From an uncultured virus (IMG/VR IMGVR_UViG_3300032288_004063) (Duplodnaviria; Heunggongvirae; Uroviricota; Caudoviricetes), in IMG/VR virus record IMGVR_UViG_3300032288_004063: a stretch of 64,000 nt of DNA; one strand, given 5' to 3'. A program made the position numbers and the translations under genes. The notes below the pieces were generated by a model, which did not search any database, was not told where the DNA came from, and worked only from the letters and a program-made list of their open reading frames with translations. The stretch's first letter is position 1. The number at the start of each line of letters is the position of its first letter. This document shows, one piece after another, positions 29,211-37,243 of the stretch.

Positions 29211-29976
29211 ACTAGAAAAATCTTCAAAGGATGTCAACGTCGCTGTACTCTTATCCGGCGGCGTTGATAGCATTTCTGTGGCTCTTGCCGCTCATAGGCT
29301 GGGCAAGAAGATCACAGCGTATACTTTTCATCTAAAAGATCAACCAACATATGATGCACGAAAAGCAAATGAAATATGCAACATCATGGGTTGGTCATGC
29401 AAGACAATAGAAGTTCCAACTGACAACGTATCAAATGATTTCATGCGTCTTCGTCGTGAAATTGAATGTGTAAAGAAGACACACTATGAATGTTGTTTTC
29501 CATTTCTATATGTGTATCCACAAATAGAAGAGACCGAAGTTTTGAGTGGATGGGCAGCTGATGGTTACTATGGCGTATCGAAGAAAGCAAACATACACTA
29601 TAAGCATACGATGGAAAAATTCAACGAGTTTAGAGAAGACTATTTCAAGATTGATCATCGTGCAGGACATCTTTGGCACAAGAGAATTGCCGATAGTCAC
29701 AACAAGACATTCATAACTCCATATCTCACGGATCCAGTAAAAGAATTCTTTTGGAGCAAAGATTGGTACGAACTCAATCAACCATACCAAAAGCATCATG
29801 TAGTAGAAGCATTTGTCGAGTTTGCACAGTTTGGTGGTGTCAAGAAGCATATTAATCTGCAACTGGGATCTGGAATAGATAAATTGTTTGACTCTGTTCT
29901 GATACCTGATATAATGATCAACTATCGTAAAAGAAAACGTATCATGGACATTTGCAAGGATTGGAGCAATAGATGA
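29185..29976 (+). CDS. Asparagine-synthetase-like ATP-dependent amide ligase (synthetase domain only)
   Basis: PP-loop LLSGGVDS and SGWAADGYYG (compare AsnB SGEGADE); 263 aa with no N-terminal glutaminase domain. Confidence 0.8.
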   Translation: MIDKILCDELEKSSKDVNVAVLLSGGVDSISVALAAHRLGKKITAYTFHLKDQPTYDARKANEICNIMGWSCKTIEVPTDNVSNDFMRLRREIECVKKTHYECCFPFLYVYPQIEETEVLSGWAADGYYGVSKKANIHYKHTMEKFNEFREDYFKIDHRAGHLWHKRIADSHNKTFITPYLTDPVKEFFWSKDWYELNQPYQKHHVVEAFVEFAQFGGVKKHINLQLGSGIDKLFDSVLIPDIMINYRKRKRIMDICKDWSNR

Positions 29977-30671
29977 CACAGAAATTTACCTTTGCCCAGC
30001 GCGAAGAGGGCTTTGATAATCACATTAGTCAGTCAATTCGTGGGTACAATGATCTAATTGGTGATGTCATCAATCTTTCGCAGTACTTTGTTGAAAACGA
30101 TACCATTGTGTACGATATTGGTTGTTCGACGGGCAAGATGCTCAAGGCAATGATTGAACAGAACAAGACTATTGCTCAGAAAGCCCAATATATTGGCATT
30201 GAAATCGAAGAAGATTTCTATCCGCATTTTCAAGAATCTGAAAACAATAGCATTCCATCAAATCTTGGTTTTTTCTGCGGCGATGTTCGCGAGGTCGAAT
30301 TTTCAGCCAAGACTTCATTGGTGACATCAATCTTTACCTTGCAATTCATGCCAAGGCAAGATCGTCAAAATGTCATAAACCAAATTTATGACAGTCTAAT
30401 TCCTGGTGGAGCATTCATCTTTGCTGAAAAGACTTTGTCGAATCATTCCCTAATTCAGGAGATGAGAACCTTCACATACTATGACTTCAAACGTCGGAGT
30501 TTTGAGTATGATGATATCATGACCAAGGAAAAGAAGCTTCGTTCCATGTTGAAGGCAAATACCAGAGATGAATTGATCAATATGTGCATTGAGGCAGGAT
30601 TCAACAAGAATTCAATTGATACATTCTGGCAAAACTATGCATTTACTGGATTCATTGCCATCAAGGACTAA
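29973..30671 (+). CDS. cmoA: CmoA-like carboxy-S-adenosylmethionine synthase
   Basis: FDNHISQSIRGY, VYDIGCSTG, FTLQF, LIPGGAFIFAEK, YDFKR, AGF...FWQNYAF match the CmoA motif order and length. Confidence 0.82.
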   Translation: MTQKFTFAQREEGFDNHISQSIRGYNDLIGDVINLSQYFVENDTIVYDIGCSTGKMLKAMIEQNKTIAQKAQYIGIEIEEDFYPHFQESENNSIPSNLGFFCGDVREVEFSAKTSLVTSIFTLQFMPRQDRQNVINQIYDSLIPGGAFIFAEKTLSNHSLIQEMRTFTYYDFKRRSFEYDDIMTKEKKLRSMLKANTRDELINMCIEAGFNKNSIDTFWQNYAFTGFIAIKD

Positions 30672-30713
30672 TTGGCAATTCCAATATAGATATGTGGTGG
30701 ACTAAAAAAGTCC

Positions 30714-30742
30714 TTGTCTTTACCAAAACAGCAGAGTATACT
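30714..30742 (+). promoter_or_regulatory. Sigma70-type early promoter (predicted leaderless transcript)
   Basis: TTGTCT-17bp-TATACT; ATG begins 7 nt after the -10. Confidence 0.7.
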
Positions 30743-30748
30743 AACCAC

Positions 30749-33091
30749 ATGATGACAGAAAACAGCAACTCCCAAATTCATAGGGAAGCCAAGAGTCAGC
30801 TTGCGCGTCTCATGGCAAACGAAAACCTGACCGTCGAGCATCGTGCGGTTCGTACGGCGTATTTTGATGTTGAGAAGCGTCTTCTTGTCCTTCCAATTTG
30901 GAAGAACATGACTGGCAACATCTATGATACGCTCGTCGGACACGAGGTCGGTCACGCTCTTGACACTCCGCCGTCAGCGGATATTCTAAAGAATGCCATC
31001 GAATCGATTGATGCCAAGAACCCTCGCGGTTCCAAGATGTTTTTGAATGTGATCGAAGACGGTCGCATTGAGAAGCTTGTGCGTCGTCGTTATCCTGGTA
31101 TGCGTCGTTCCTTCTCCCTTGGCTATAAGGATTTGCTGGATCGCAATTTCTTTGGCACCGCTGGACGTAGCATCAAGTCTTACGGTCTGATTGACCGCAT
31201 CAATCTTCATTTGAAGCTTGGTTCTGCAATCATCATCGACTTCACTCCGGCTGAGAAGAAGCTGGTTGAAATGGCTGAGAATTGCGAAAGCTTTGACGAC
31301 GTTGTCAAGGCTGCTCAGGCAATCTATACTTATTGTAAAGAACATAAGGAAGATCAGCCTGAGAATGACGAGGAAAACTATTACGACGATTCGGAGTTCT
31401 ACCCCGATGAGAGTGGTGAGTTTTCCATGCCGTATGAAGACGAGTCTGGCGAGGAGTCTGGCGAGGAGTCTGGTGAAGAATCTGATGAGGCTGACGATTC
31501 TTCATCGGAAGATTCCGATGACTCAGATGAGACTGATAAGTCTGACGGCAAGACTTCGGATGAAGGTTCTGCTGGTGAATCCGGCAAGGACGATGAAGAT
31601 GAGGATTCTTCTGATTCCGAAGATGATGATTCGGAGATCAGTTCTTCCGACGAAGATGAAATTTCCGATCAGGAGACCAAGTCTCCTCTTGATGAGGGAT
31701 TTAGACAGAATCCGACTTCCGAGACTCAGGAGTCTTGGGAATCCAAGAAGGATGAACTCGTTAGGGAAGGGACCAAGGGCTATGTTTATGTAAACATTCC
31801 CGAGGTCAACGGTCATAATTGGATTGTGCCTTACAAGCAGGTTCATGATGGTGGCAATGGCTTCGTCGGTCTTTCTGAGGTGGCTCGTCGCGGCGACATA
31901 TATGGATTTATTCCTGGTCATACCAAGGAGCAGGTTCTTGCAGAGTGCATCAAGTTCCGTTCGGAGAACGCTGCGATAATTTCATACATGGTCAAGGAAT
32001 TTGAGATGCGAAAGGCGGCTGATACCTATTCTCGCTCGTCAATTTCGAAGACTGGTGTGATCAATACCAACAAGCTGCATACCTACAAGTATAATGATGA
32101 CCTGTTCAAGCGCATCACCAATGTGCCTACCGGAAAGAATCATGGACTTGTAATGTTCATTGATTGGTCTGGATCGATGACAACTTCAATTTCTGGATTG
32201 ATTGAGCAGCTTGTAAATATGGTCATGTTCTGCAAGCGTGTTCAGATTCCGTTTGACGTTTATGCATTTTCAAATGTATATGGACATAAGAATATGTCCG
32301 CCGAAGAGATCAGTGCTATCGAAGCACGTCAGCATTCATACAAGGATGGTGATTTGCTTATCAATTCAAGCTTGTATCTGCTTCAGTTGCTGTCTTCAAG
32401 GATGAAGGAAGGCGAGTTCAATCAGGCTATCGGTAATCTTCTGATGCTATGCAAGTTCTTTAGGAAAATGAATGCTGCTGTAGATATCAGGCCTTTTACT
32501 TTCGGTTCTACTCCTTTGGATGCGACTATTGTTTGTGCGACAAGCATTGTCAATGCTTTTCGTGCAAAGCATAAGCTTCAGATCGTCAACACCGTCATTC
32601 TTACCGATGGCGAGGATACAGACAGTATTGAGGTTAAGAACAAGGGCTATAATCCATATACTCAAGATGTGGTTCTTCGTGATACCGTCACCAAGAGTGA
32701 AGCTGTTGTTGATAATCTGTGGGATAATTCTGCCACAACGGCAATCTTCTTGAATCGTCTGCGTGAGAGAACTGGAACGAATGTGATTGGATACTATATA
32801 AATTCCGGTCGAGTGAATTCCATGTCTTTCTCACAGTATTCAGCAGATCCAAATCAGGTCGAGAAGCTGTATAAGGACTATGTAAAGAACAAGTACATTG
32901 AAGTTACCAATCGTGGTTATTCTGTGTACTACATTCTCAAGGCTGAGGAGATGAACATTCAGACCACCGAACTTAATCTTGGTAAGGCAACTACAGCAAA
33001 GAGCATTGCGAAGGTATTTGCCAAGTATTCCAAGAACAAGTTGGACAATCGTATTGTTCTTTCTCGGTTCATTGAGAAAATTAGTGCTTGA
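30749..33091 (+). CDS. CobT-like protein: HExxH metallopeptidase-like domain + acidic linker + VWA domain
   Basis: HEVGHA, NVIEDGRIE, D/E/S-rich linker, MIDAS DWSGS, TPL, LTDGED; adjacent to an AAA ATPase; start set at MMTENS. Confidence 0.8.
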   Translation: MMTENSNSQIHREAKSQLARLMANENLTVEHRAVRTAYFDVEKRLLVLPIWKNMTGNIYDTLVGHEVGHALDTPPSADILKNAIESIDAKNPRGSKMFLNVIEDGRIEKLVRRRYPGMRRSFSLGYKDLLDRNFFGTAGRSIKSYGLIDRINLHLKLGSAIIIDFTPAEKKLVEMAENCESFDDVVKAAQAIYTYCKEHKEDQPENDEENYYDDSEFYPDESGEFSMPYEDESGEESGEESGEESDEADDSSSEDSDDSDETDKSDGKTSDEGSAGESGKDDEDEDSSDSEDDDSEISSSDEDEISDQETKSPLDEGFRQNPTSETQESWESKKDELVREGTKGYVYVNIPEVNGHNWIVPYKQVHDGGNGFVGLSEVARRGDIYGFIPGHTKEQVLAECIKFRSENAAIISYMVKEFEMRKAADTYSRSSISKTGVINTNKLHTYKYNDDLFKRITNVPTGKNHGLVMFIDWSGSMTTSISGLIEQLVNMVMFCKRVQIPFDVYAFSNVYGHKNMSAEEISAIEARQHSYKDGDLLINSSLYLLQLLSSRMKEGEFNQAIGNLLMLCKFFRKMNAAVDIRPFTFGSTPLDATIVCATSIVNAFRAKHKLQIVNTVILTDGEDTDSIEVKNKGYNPYTQDVVLRDTVTKSEAVVDNLWDNSATTAIFLNRLRERTGTNVIGYYINSGRVNSMSFSQYSADPNQVEKLYKDYVKNKYIEVTNRGYSVYYILKAEEMNIQTTELNLGKATTAKSIAKVFAKYSKNKLDNRIVLSRFIEKISA
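31442..31489 (+). repeat. 12-bp tandem repeat (ESGE units) in the acidic linker
   Basis: gagtctggcgag x2, gagtctggtgaa, gaatctgatgag. Confidence 0.85.
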
Positions 33092-33116
33092 TTATACCAA
33101 TCATATATCGTATACT
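33088..33116 (+). promoter_or_regulatory. Sigma70-type promoter
   Basis: TTGATT-17bp-TATACT upstream of the cobS-like gene. Confidence 0.65.
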
Positions 33117-33141
33117 AAATCATAACTTGATAGAGGAAAAT

Positions 33142-34335
33142 ATGTCGCTTACGGAAAAGCAGATTGCTTTCATTCGACTGGCTAACCAGAACGGGTATAT
33201 GACTACCATTTCCCGCAAGGATGCCAAGGAACTTTGTCGCGCTCATAACTTCAAGTGGCCTAGGTGGATCGTGATTGACGATCAGTATCGTCACTCTCGC
33301 GGTGTCTACAAGCTTCCCAGTATTGGTGCTGTAGAAACTCCTATACCTTCTGTTTCGGAAACTCCTATGCCACAGGCAACTACGATGAATCTTCAGACTA
33401 TTGGTACAAACATCTCGGAGTCTTTGATTCCGACTCCCAATAAGAATTACGTTCCCTTTGGTAACTTCTCGGATGTTGAGTCGATCATCTCATCCAAGAT
33501 GTTCTATCCAGTCTATATCACCGGTCTGTCTGGCAATGGCAAGACCATGATGGTCGAGCAGGCTTGTGCCAAGGCTCGCCGCGAGATGGTTCGCGTGAAC
33601 ATCACGGCTGAGACTGACGAGGACGACCTGATTGGTGGTTTCCGTCTTGTCGATGGTCAGACTGTGTGGCATAATGGTCCCGTTGTGATGGCGATGGAGC
33701 GTGGTGCGGTTCTTCTTCTGGACGAGGTTGACCTTGGCACCATCAAGCTTATGTGTCTTCAGCCCGTGCTTGAAGGTAAGTCGGTCTTCATCAAGAAGAT
33801 CAACAAGCTGGTCCAGCCTGCTCGTGGTTTTACCGTAATCGCTACTGCAAATACCAAGGGTCGTGGTTCTGACGATGGCCGCTTCATCGGCACTAACGTC
33901 ATGAACGAGGCGTTTCTGGAACGCTTCTCTATCACGATGGAGCAGGAGTATCCGCCTGCCGTAACCGAGAAGAAGATTCTACATAATCTTCTGGATCGCA
34001 CGGAGGATGACAAGACCTTTGTTGAGCTGCTTATCAAGTGGGCAGACGCAATTCGTCGTACCTATTACGATGGCGGCACGACCGAGATTATTTCCACTCG
34101 TCGTCTTGTGCATATTTGCGACGCATACAAGATCTTCAGTCGTGATCGCATGAAGGCAATTCGTCTGTGTCTAAATCGTTTTGATGTTGACACCAAGACT
34201 TCGTTCATGGATCTGTATACAAAGATTGATGCAGAGGCTAATGCTCCTGTTGTTGCTAATACGGAAACGTCTACAGCAACGACGGATGCATCTCTTGAAG
34301 AAAAGATCAAGCAGGCTAACGAGATTGTGTTTTAA
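33142..34335 (+). CDS. cobS: CobS/MoxR-like AAA+ ATPase
   Basis: GLSGNGKT, ETDEDDLIGG, LLLDEVD, ATANTKG, NEAFLERF, ISTRRL motifs; start after GAGGA. Confidence 0.88.
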   Translation: MSLTEKQIAFIRLANQNGYMTTISRKDAKELCRAHNFKWPRWIVIDDQYRHSRGVYKLPSIGAVETPIPSVSETPMPQATTMNLQTIGTNISESLIPTPNKNYVPFGNFSDVESIISSKMFYPVYITGLSGNGKTMMVEQACAKARREMVRVNITAETDEDDLIGGFRLVDGQTVWHNGPVVMAMERGAVLLLDEVDLGTIKLMCLQPVLEGKSVFIKKINKLVQPARGFTVIATANTKGRGSDDGRFIGTNVMNEAFLERFSITMEQEYPPAVTEKKILHNLLDRTEDDKTFVELLIKWADAIRRTYYDGGTTEIISTRRLVHICDAYKIFSRDRMKAIRLCLNRFDVDTKTSFMDLYTKIDAEANAPVVANTETSTATTDASLEEKIKQANEIVF

Positions 34336-34338
34336 TGC

Positions 34339-34367
34339 TTGACAAACCAATTCGGTATTGATATAAT
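34339..34367 (+). promoter_or_regulatory. Consensus sigma70 promoter
   Basis: TTGACA-17bp-TATAAT, exact. Confidence 0.88.
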
Positions 34368-34377
34368 ACTGAATAAT

Positions 34378-34414
34378 GGAGCGGCGTATTTGGTTGCTCG
34401 CCGCTCCGTTTTTT
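34378..34414 (+). terminator. GC-rich hairpin + U tract immediately downstream of the promoter (terminator/attenuator)
   Basis: GGAGCGGCG-12nt-CGCCGCTCC-G-TTTTTT. Confidence 0.65.
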
Positions 34415-34445
34415 CGATGCAACCTTTTGTTATGGAGTGTTATAT

Positions 34446-34715
34446 ATGGCTAAGATTTCTGCTAAGGCTCGTATGCTTTCGGTTCTGAAGGGCAACTCAT
34501 CGTACAATACTTTTTCGGTTGCACAGGGTCGCAATCGTTTTGGTATCAAGAACGTTGCGCAGCGCATTCATGAGCTGCGTCAGGACGGTCACGCAATCTA
34601 CACGAACCTGAAGCGTCGTGGCGATGGCAGCACTGTTCGCGTTTATCGTCTTGGTACTCCTACCAAGGCCATGAAGGCTGCTGCTCGCAAGACCAAGACT
34701 CGTCGTTCTGCCTGA
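34446..34715 (+). CDS. Small basic winged-HTH DNA-binding protein
   Basis: NVAQRIHELRQDGHAIYT...VYRLG wHTH pattern, K/R-rich tail, GGAG RBS. Confidence 0.7.
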   Translation: MAKISAKARMLSVLKGNSSYNTFSVAQGRNRFGIKNVAQRIHELRQDGHAIYTNLKRRGDGSTVRVYRLGTPTKAMKAAARKTKTRRSA

Positions 34716-34738
34716 GTCTAGTATAGGTTGAGCCTATT

Positions 34739-34767
34739 GAAGGGGAAGAGAAATCTTCCCCTTCTTT
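34739..34767 (+). terminator. Rho-independent terminator
   Basis: GAAGGGGAAGA-GAAA-TCTTCCCCTTC-TTT. Confidence 0.85.
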
Positions 34768-34826
34768 ATATTTGCTAACTAAATAGGAGTATGGTTTAGT
34801 AATTATCTTTTTGAGTGGAGTATACT

Positions 34827-35642
34827 ATGGAAATTTCTATATCAGTTGACGAACTAAGAAAAAGAAAATTGTTTATCGCCACACCAATGTACGGTGGTAT
34901 GGCAAATGGACTTTACATGAAGTCCTGCTTGGATCTACAAGCTATTCTAAATCAATATGGCGTTGAAGCCAAGTTTTCATTTCTATTCAATGAGTCTTTG
35001 ATTACGCGCGCAAGAAATTATCTTACTGATGAATTTCTTCGTAATGAAGGATTTACGCATCTCTTGTTTTTGGATTCTGACATTCATTTCAATCCACAAG
35101 ATGTTGTAACTCTTCTTGCTCTAGATAAAGAAATTATTGGTGGACCATATCCCAAGAAGTCGATTAATTGGGGTAATGTCGCACAGGCCGTTAAGAACAA
35201 GCCTGATATTTCTCCGGGCGAACTTGATGGATTGATTGGTGAATTCGTTTTCAATCCAGTAGCCGGAACAAAGCAGTTTTCAATTACTGAACCTCTTGAA
35301 GTCATGGAAATCGGTACAGGTTTCATGATGATCAAGCGTGAAGTCTTCAAGAAATTTGAAGACGCATTTCCAGAATATCGTTATAAGCCAGATCATGTCG
35401 GTCAAAAGCACTTTGACGGATCTCGCTACATTCATGCGTATTTTGATACGATCATTGATCGTGGTCCAAATGCACCAGGATCATCGGAGAGATATTTGTC
35501 GGAAGATTATTTCTTCTGTCAGATGTCTCGCAAGATCGGTATCAAGATTTGGCTGTGTCCTTGGATGAAGACACAACATGTCGGAACATTTGCGTTTACT
35601 GGCGACCTATCTAAGATTGCTCAGTATACAGGACGCATATGA
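34827..35642 (+). CDS. GT-A-fold glycosyltransferase-like protein
   Basis: LFIATPMYGG, ESLITRARN, LLFLDSDI (DxD), IGTGFMMIKR, LSEDYFFC; ACTAAATA late-promoter-like site at 34778. Confidence 0.7.
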   Translation: MEISISVDELRKRKLFIATPMYGGMANGLYMKSCLDLQAILNQYGVEAKFSFLFNESLITRARNYLTDEFLRNEGFTHLLFLDSDIHFNPQDVVTLLALDKEIIGGPYPKKSINWGNVAQAVKNKPDISPGELDGLIGEFVFNPVAGTKQFSITEPLEVMEIGTGFMMIKREVFKKFEDAFPEYRYKPDHVGQKHFDGSRYIHAYFDTIIDRGPNAPGSSERYLSEDYFFCQMSRKIGIKIWLCPWMKTQHVGTFAFTGDLSKIAQYTGRI

Positions 35643-36247
35643 TCATAGGATTCGTTGGTACCATTGGCTCAGGCAAAGGTACTGCGGGTGAAATATTGGC
35701 GCAGCGAGGATTCTTCACCGAATCTTTCGCTGCTCCTCTTAAGGACATTACCGCAAGTCTATTTGGCTGGCCTCGTCATTTATTGGAAGGCGATACACAA
35801 GAGTCTAGGGAGTTTCGCGAAAGTAAAGATCCATGGTGGTCTGAAAGGTTTGGTAAAGATATAACACCAAGATACATTCTACAAATAATAGGAACTGAAT
35901 GTATGCGCGATTGCATTCATACAGATTTCTGGGTTGCTTGTTTGGAAAAAAGAATAAAACTAAATCGTGATTATGTAATCACAGATGTAAGATTTCCAAA
36001 CGAAATTGACTCCATTCACAAGATGGGCGGCAAGATTGTAGAAATACAAAGAGGCGCAATACCAGAATGGTATATTCATGCAACAATGTATAATAATGGT
36101 GATTCTGGAATAAAACCAGATGTTCATTATTCAGAATGGGCGTGGATGGGATATAAGACTGATTATACCATTAGTAACAATGGAACAAAGGAAAATCTAG
36201 AAGAAGAGATTGAATTGATGTTGGAGTGCTTGACTCCACCAAACTAA
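35639..36247 (+). CDS. gp1: Deoxynucleoside monophosphate kinase gp1
   Basis: IIGFVGTIGSGKGT, SFAAPLK, TPRYILQIIGTE, VITDVRFPNE, HYSE motifs. Confidence 0.9.
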   Translation: MIIGFVGTIGSGKGTAGEILAQRGFFTESFAAPLKDITASLFGWPRHLLEGDTQESREFRESKDPWWSERFGKDITPRYILQIIGTECMRDCIHTDFWVACLEKRIKLNRDYVITDVRFPNEIDSIHKMGGKIVEIQRGAIPEWYIHATMYNNGDSGIKPDVHYSEWAWMGYKTDYTISNNGTKENLEEEIELMLECLTPPN

Positions 36248-36258
36248 TGTGATACTAT
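36230..36258 (+). promoter_or_regulatory. Sigma70-type promoter for gp45
   Basis: TTGACT-17bp-TACTAT. Confidence 0.6.
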
Positions 36259-36285
36259 TGTCTTCATACATTGAAGGAGTTTATT

Positions 36286-36951
36286 ATGAAAATTTCTCAG
36301 GATACAATCAACATTCTAAAGAACTTCTCCCAAATCAATCAGGGGATTTTCTTCAAGAAGGGCGACACAATTTCAACAATTTCGCCTCAGAAAAACATTC
36401 TAGTAGAAGCCACGGTCAAGGAATCGTTTCCAAATGACTTTGGTATCTATGATCTTCCAAATTTCCTGAGTGTTCTTTCACTCAGCAAGGATGATCCAGA
36501 ATTGTCTTTCTATGACAAGCATCTGACATTGTCGGGTCACAATGGACGTTCAACGATAACCTATCGTTATACAGATGCATCCATGATCGTATGTCCACCA
36601 GATAAGAAGCTGACTGTACCTAGTGCAGTTGCTACTTTTGATCTGGATGAAAATGATCTATCATGGATTTCTCGTTGCGTTGCAATTCTTCAGCAACCAA
36701 ACATGAGCATTGAGAGTGATGGTGATGCAATTAATATCACTACATTTGATGCCACGAATGACTCGTCACATACACAGAAGTTGCAGATCGCTAAGGGTAA
36801 TGGTGAAAGCTTCAAGTTTGTTCTTCGTACCGAGAACATCAAGTTGATCTCGACCAATTATACTGTAGCTGCAACAAAGGGAATCGTTACTTTCACTGGC
36901 AAGAATATTCCAATCAAGTATTGGATTGCAACTGAAAAGATGAAGGAGTGA
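36286..36951 (+). CDS. gp45: Sliding clamp gp45
   Basis: MKISQDTINILKNFSQINQ, FGIYDLPNFLS, YWIATE motifs. Confidence 0.95.
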   Translation: MKISQDTINILKNFSQINQGIFFKKGDTISTISPQKNILVEATVKESFPNDFGIYDLPNFLSVLSLSKDDPELSFYDKHLTLSGHNGRSTITYRYTDASMIVCPPDKKLTVPSAVATFDLDENDLSWISRCVAILQQPNMSIESDGDAINITTFDATNDSSHTQKLQIAKGNGESFKFVLRTENIKLISTNYTVAATKGIVTFTGKNIPIKYWIATEKMKE

Positions 36952-36955
36952 TAAT

Positions 36956-37237
36956 ATGTCAACAATTGGTAACAATAGTGGCGTTCCTGCAATGTCGCCA
37001 GAAGAAATCAGAAAGGTTGCTGACGCTATTGAGGTGCTAAACGATAGCATGACCCGTGTTGCTGCTGAACGTGATCTTGTCAAGGAAACGGTAAACAAGT
37101 TGCACGAGGAAATTGGCTTTCCGAAGAGACTTCTTCGCCGTCTTGCAAAGACACACTACAATAGATCTTTCGAAATGGACACTCAAGAGAACCGCGATTT
37201 CGAGAGCGCATACGAGACTGTTACAAGTAAGAAATAA
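36956..37237 (+). CDS. dsbA: T4 DsbA-like double-stranded DNA-binding protein
   Basis: SMTRVAAERDLVKE...LLRRLAKTHYNRSF pattern and size. Confidence 0.7.
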   Translation: MSTIGNNSGVPAMSPEEIRKVADAIEVLNDSMTRVAAERDLVKETVNKLHEEIGFPKRLLRRLAKTHYNRSFEMDTQENRDFESAYETVTSKK

Positions 37238-37243
37238 TCTTCT

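Noticed and set aside
29185..29976. QueC / 7-deazaguanine modification pathway
   Set aside because: It shares the SGGxDS loop but lacks the QueC C-terminal Cys zinc motif; no folE, queD, queE or dpdA is in the window, and it has an AsnB-like SGxxAD motif.
30692..30748. ORF-track N-terminal extension of the CobT-like gene (similar extensions at 15848, 27144, 33088, 38580, 42069, 50225)
   Set aside because: The extensions overlap promoters or upstream genes; downstream ATGs with an RBS or translational coupling are better starts.
30749..34335. Cobalamin biosynthesis (cobaltochelatase) auxiliary pathway
   Set aside because: No CobN or other cob genes are present; a generic AAA+/VWA pair explains the motifs.
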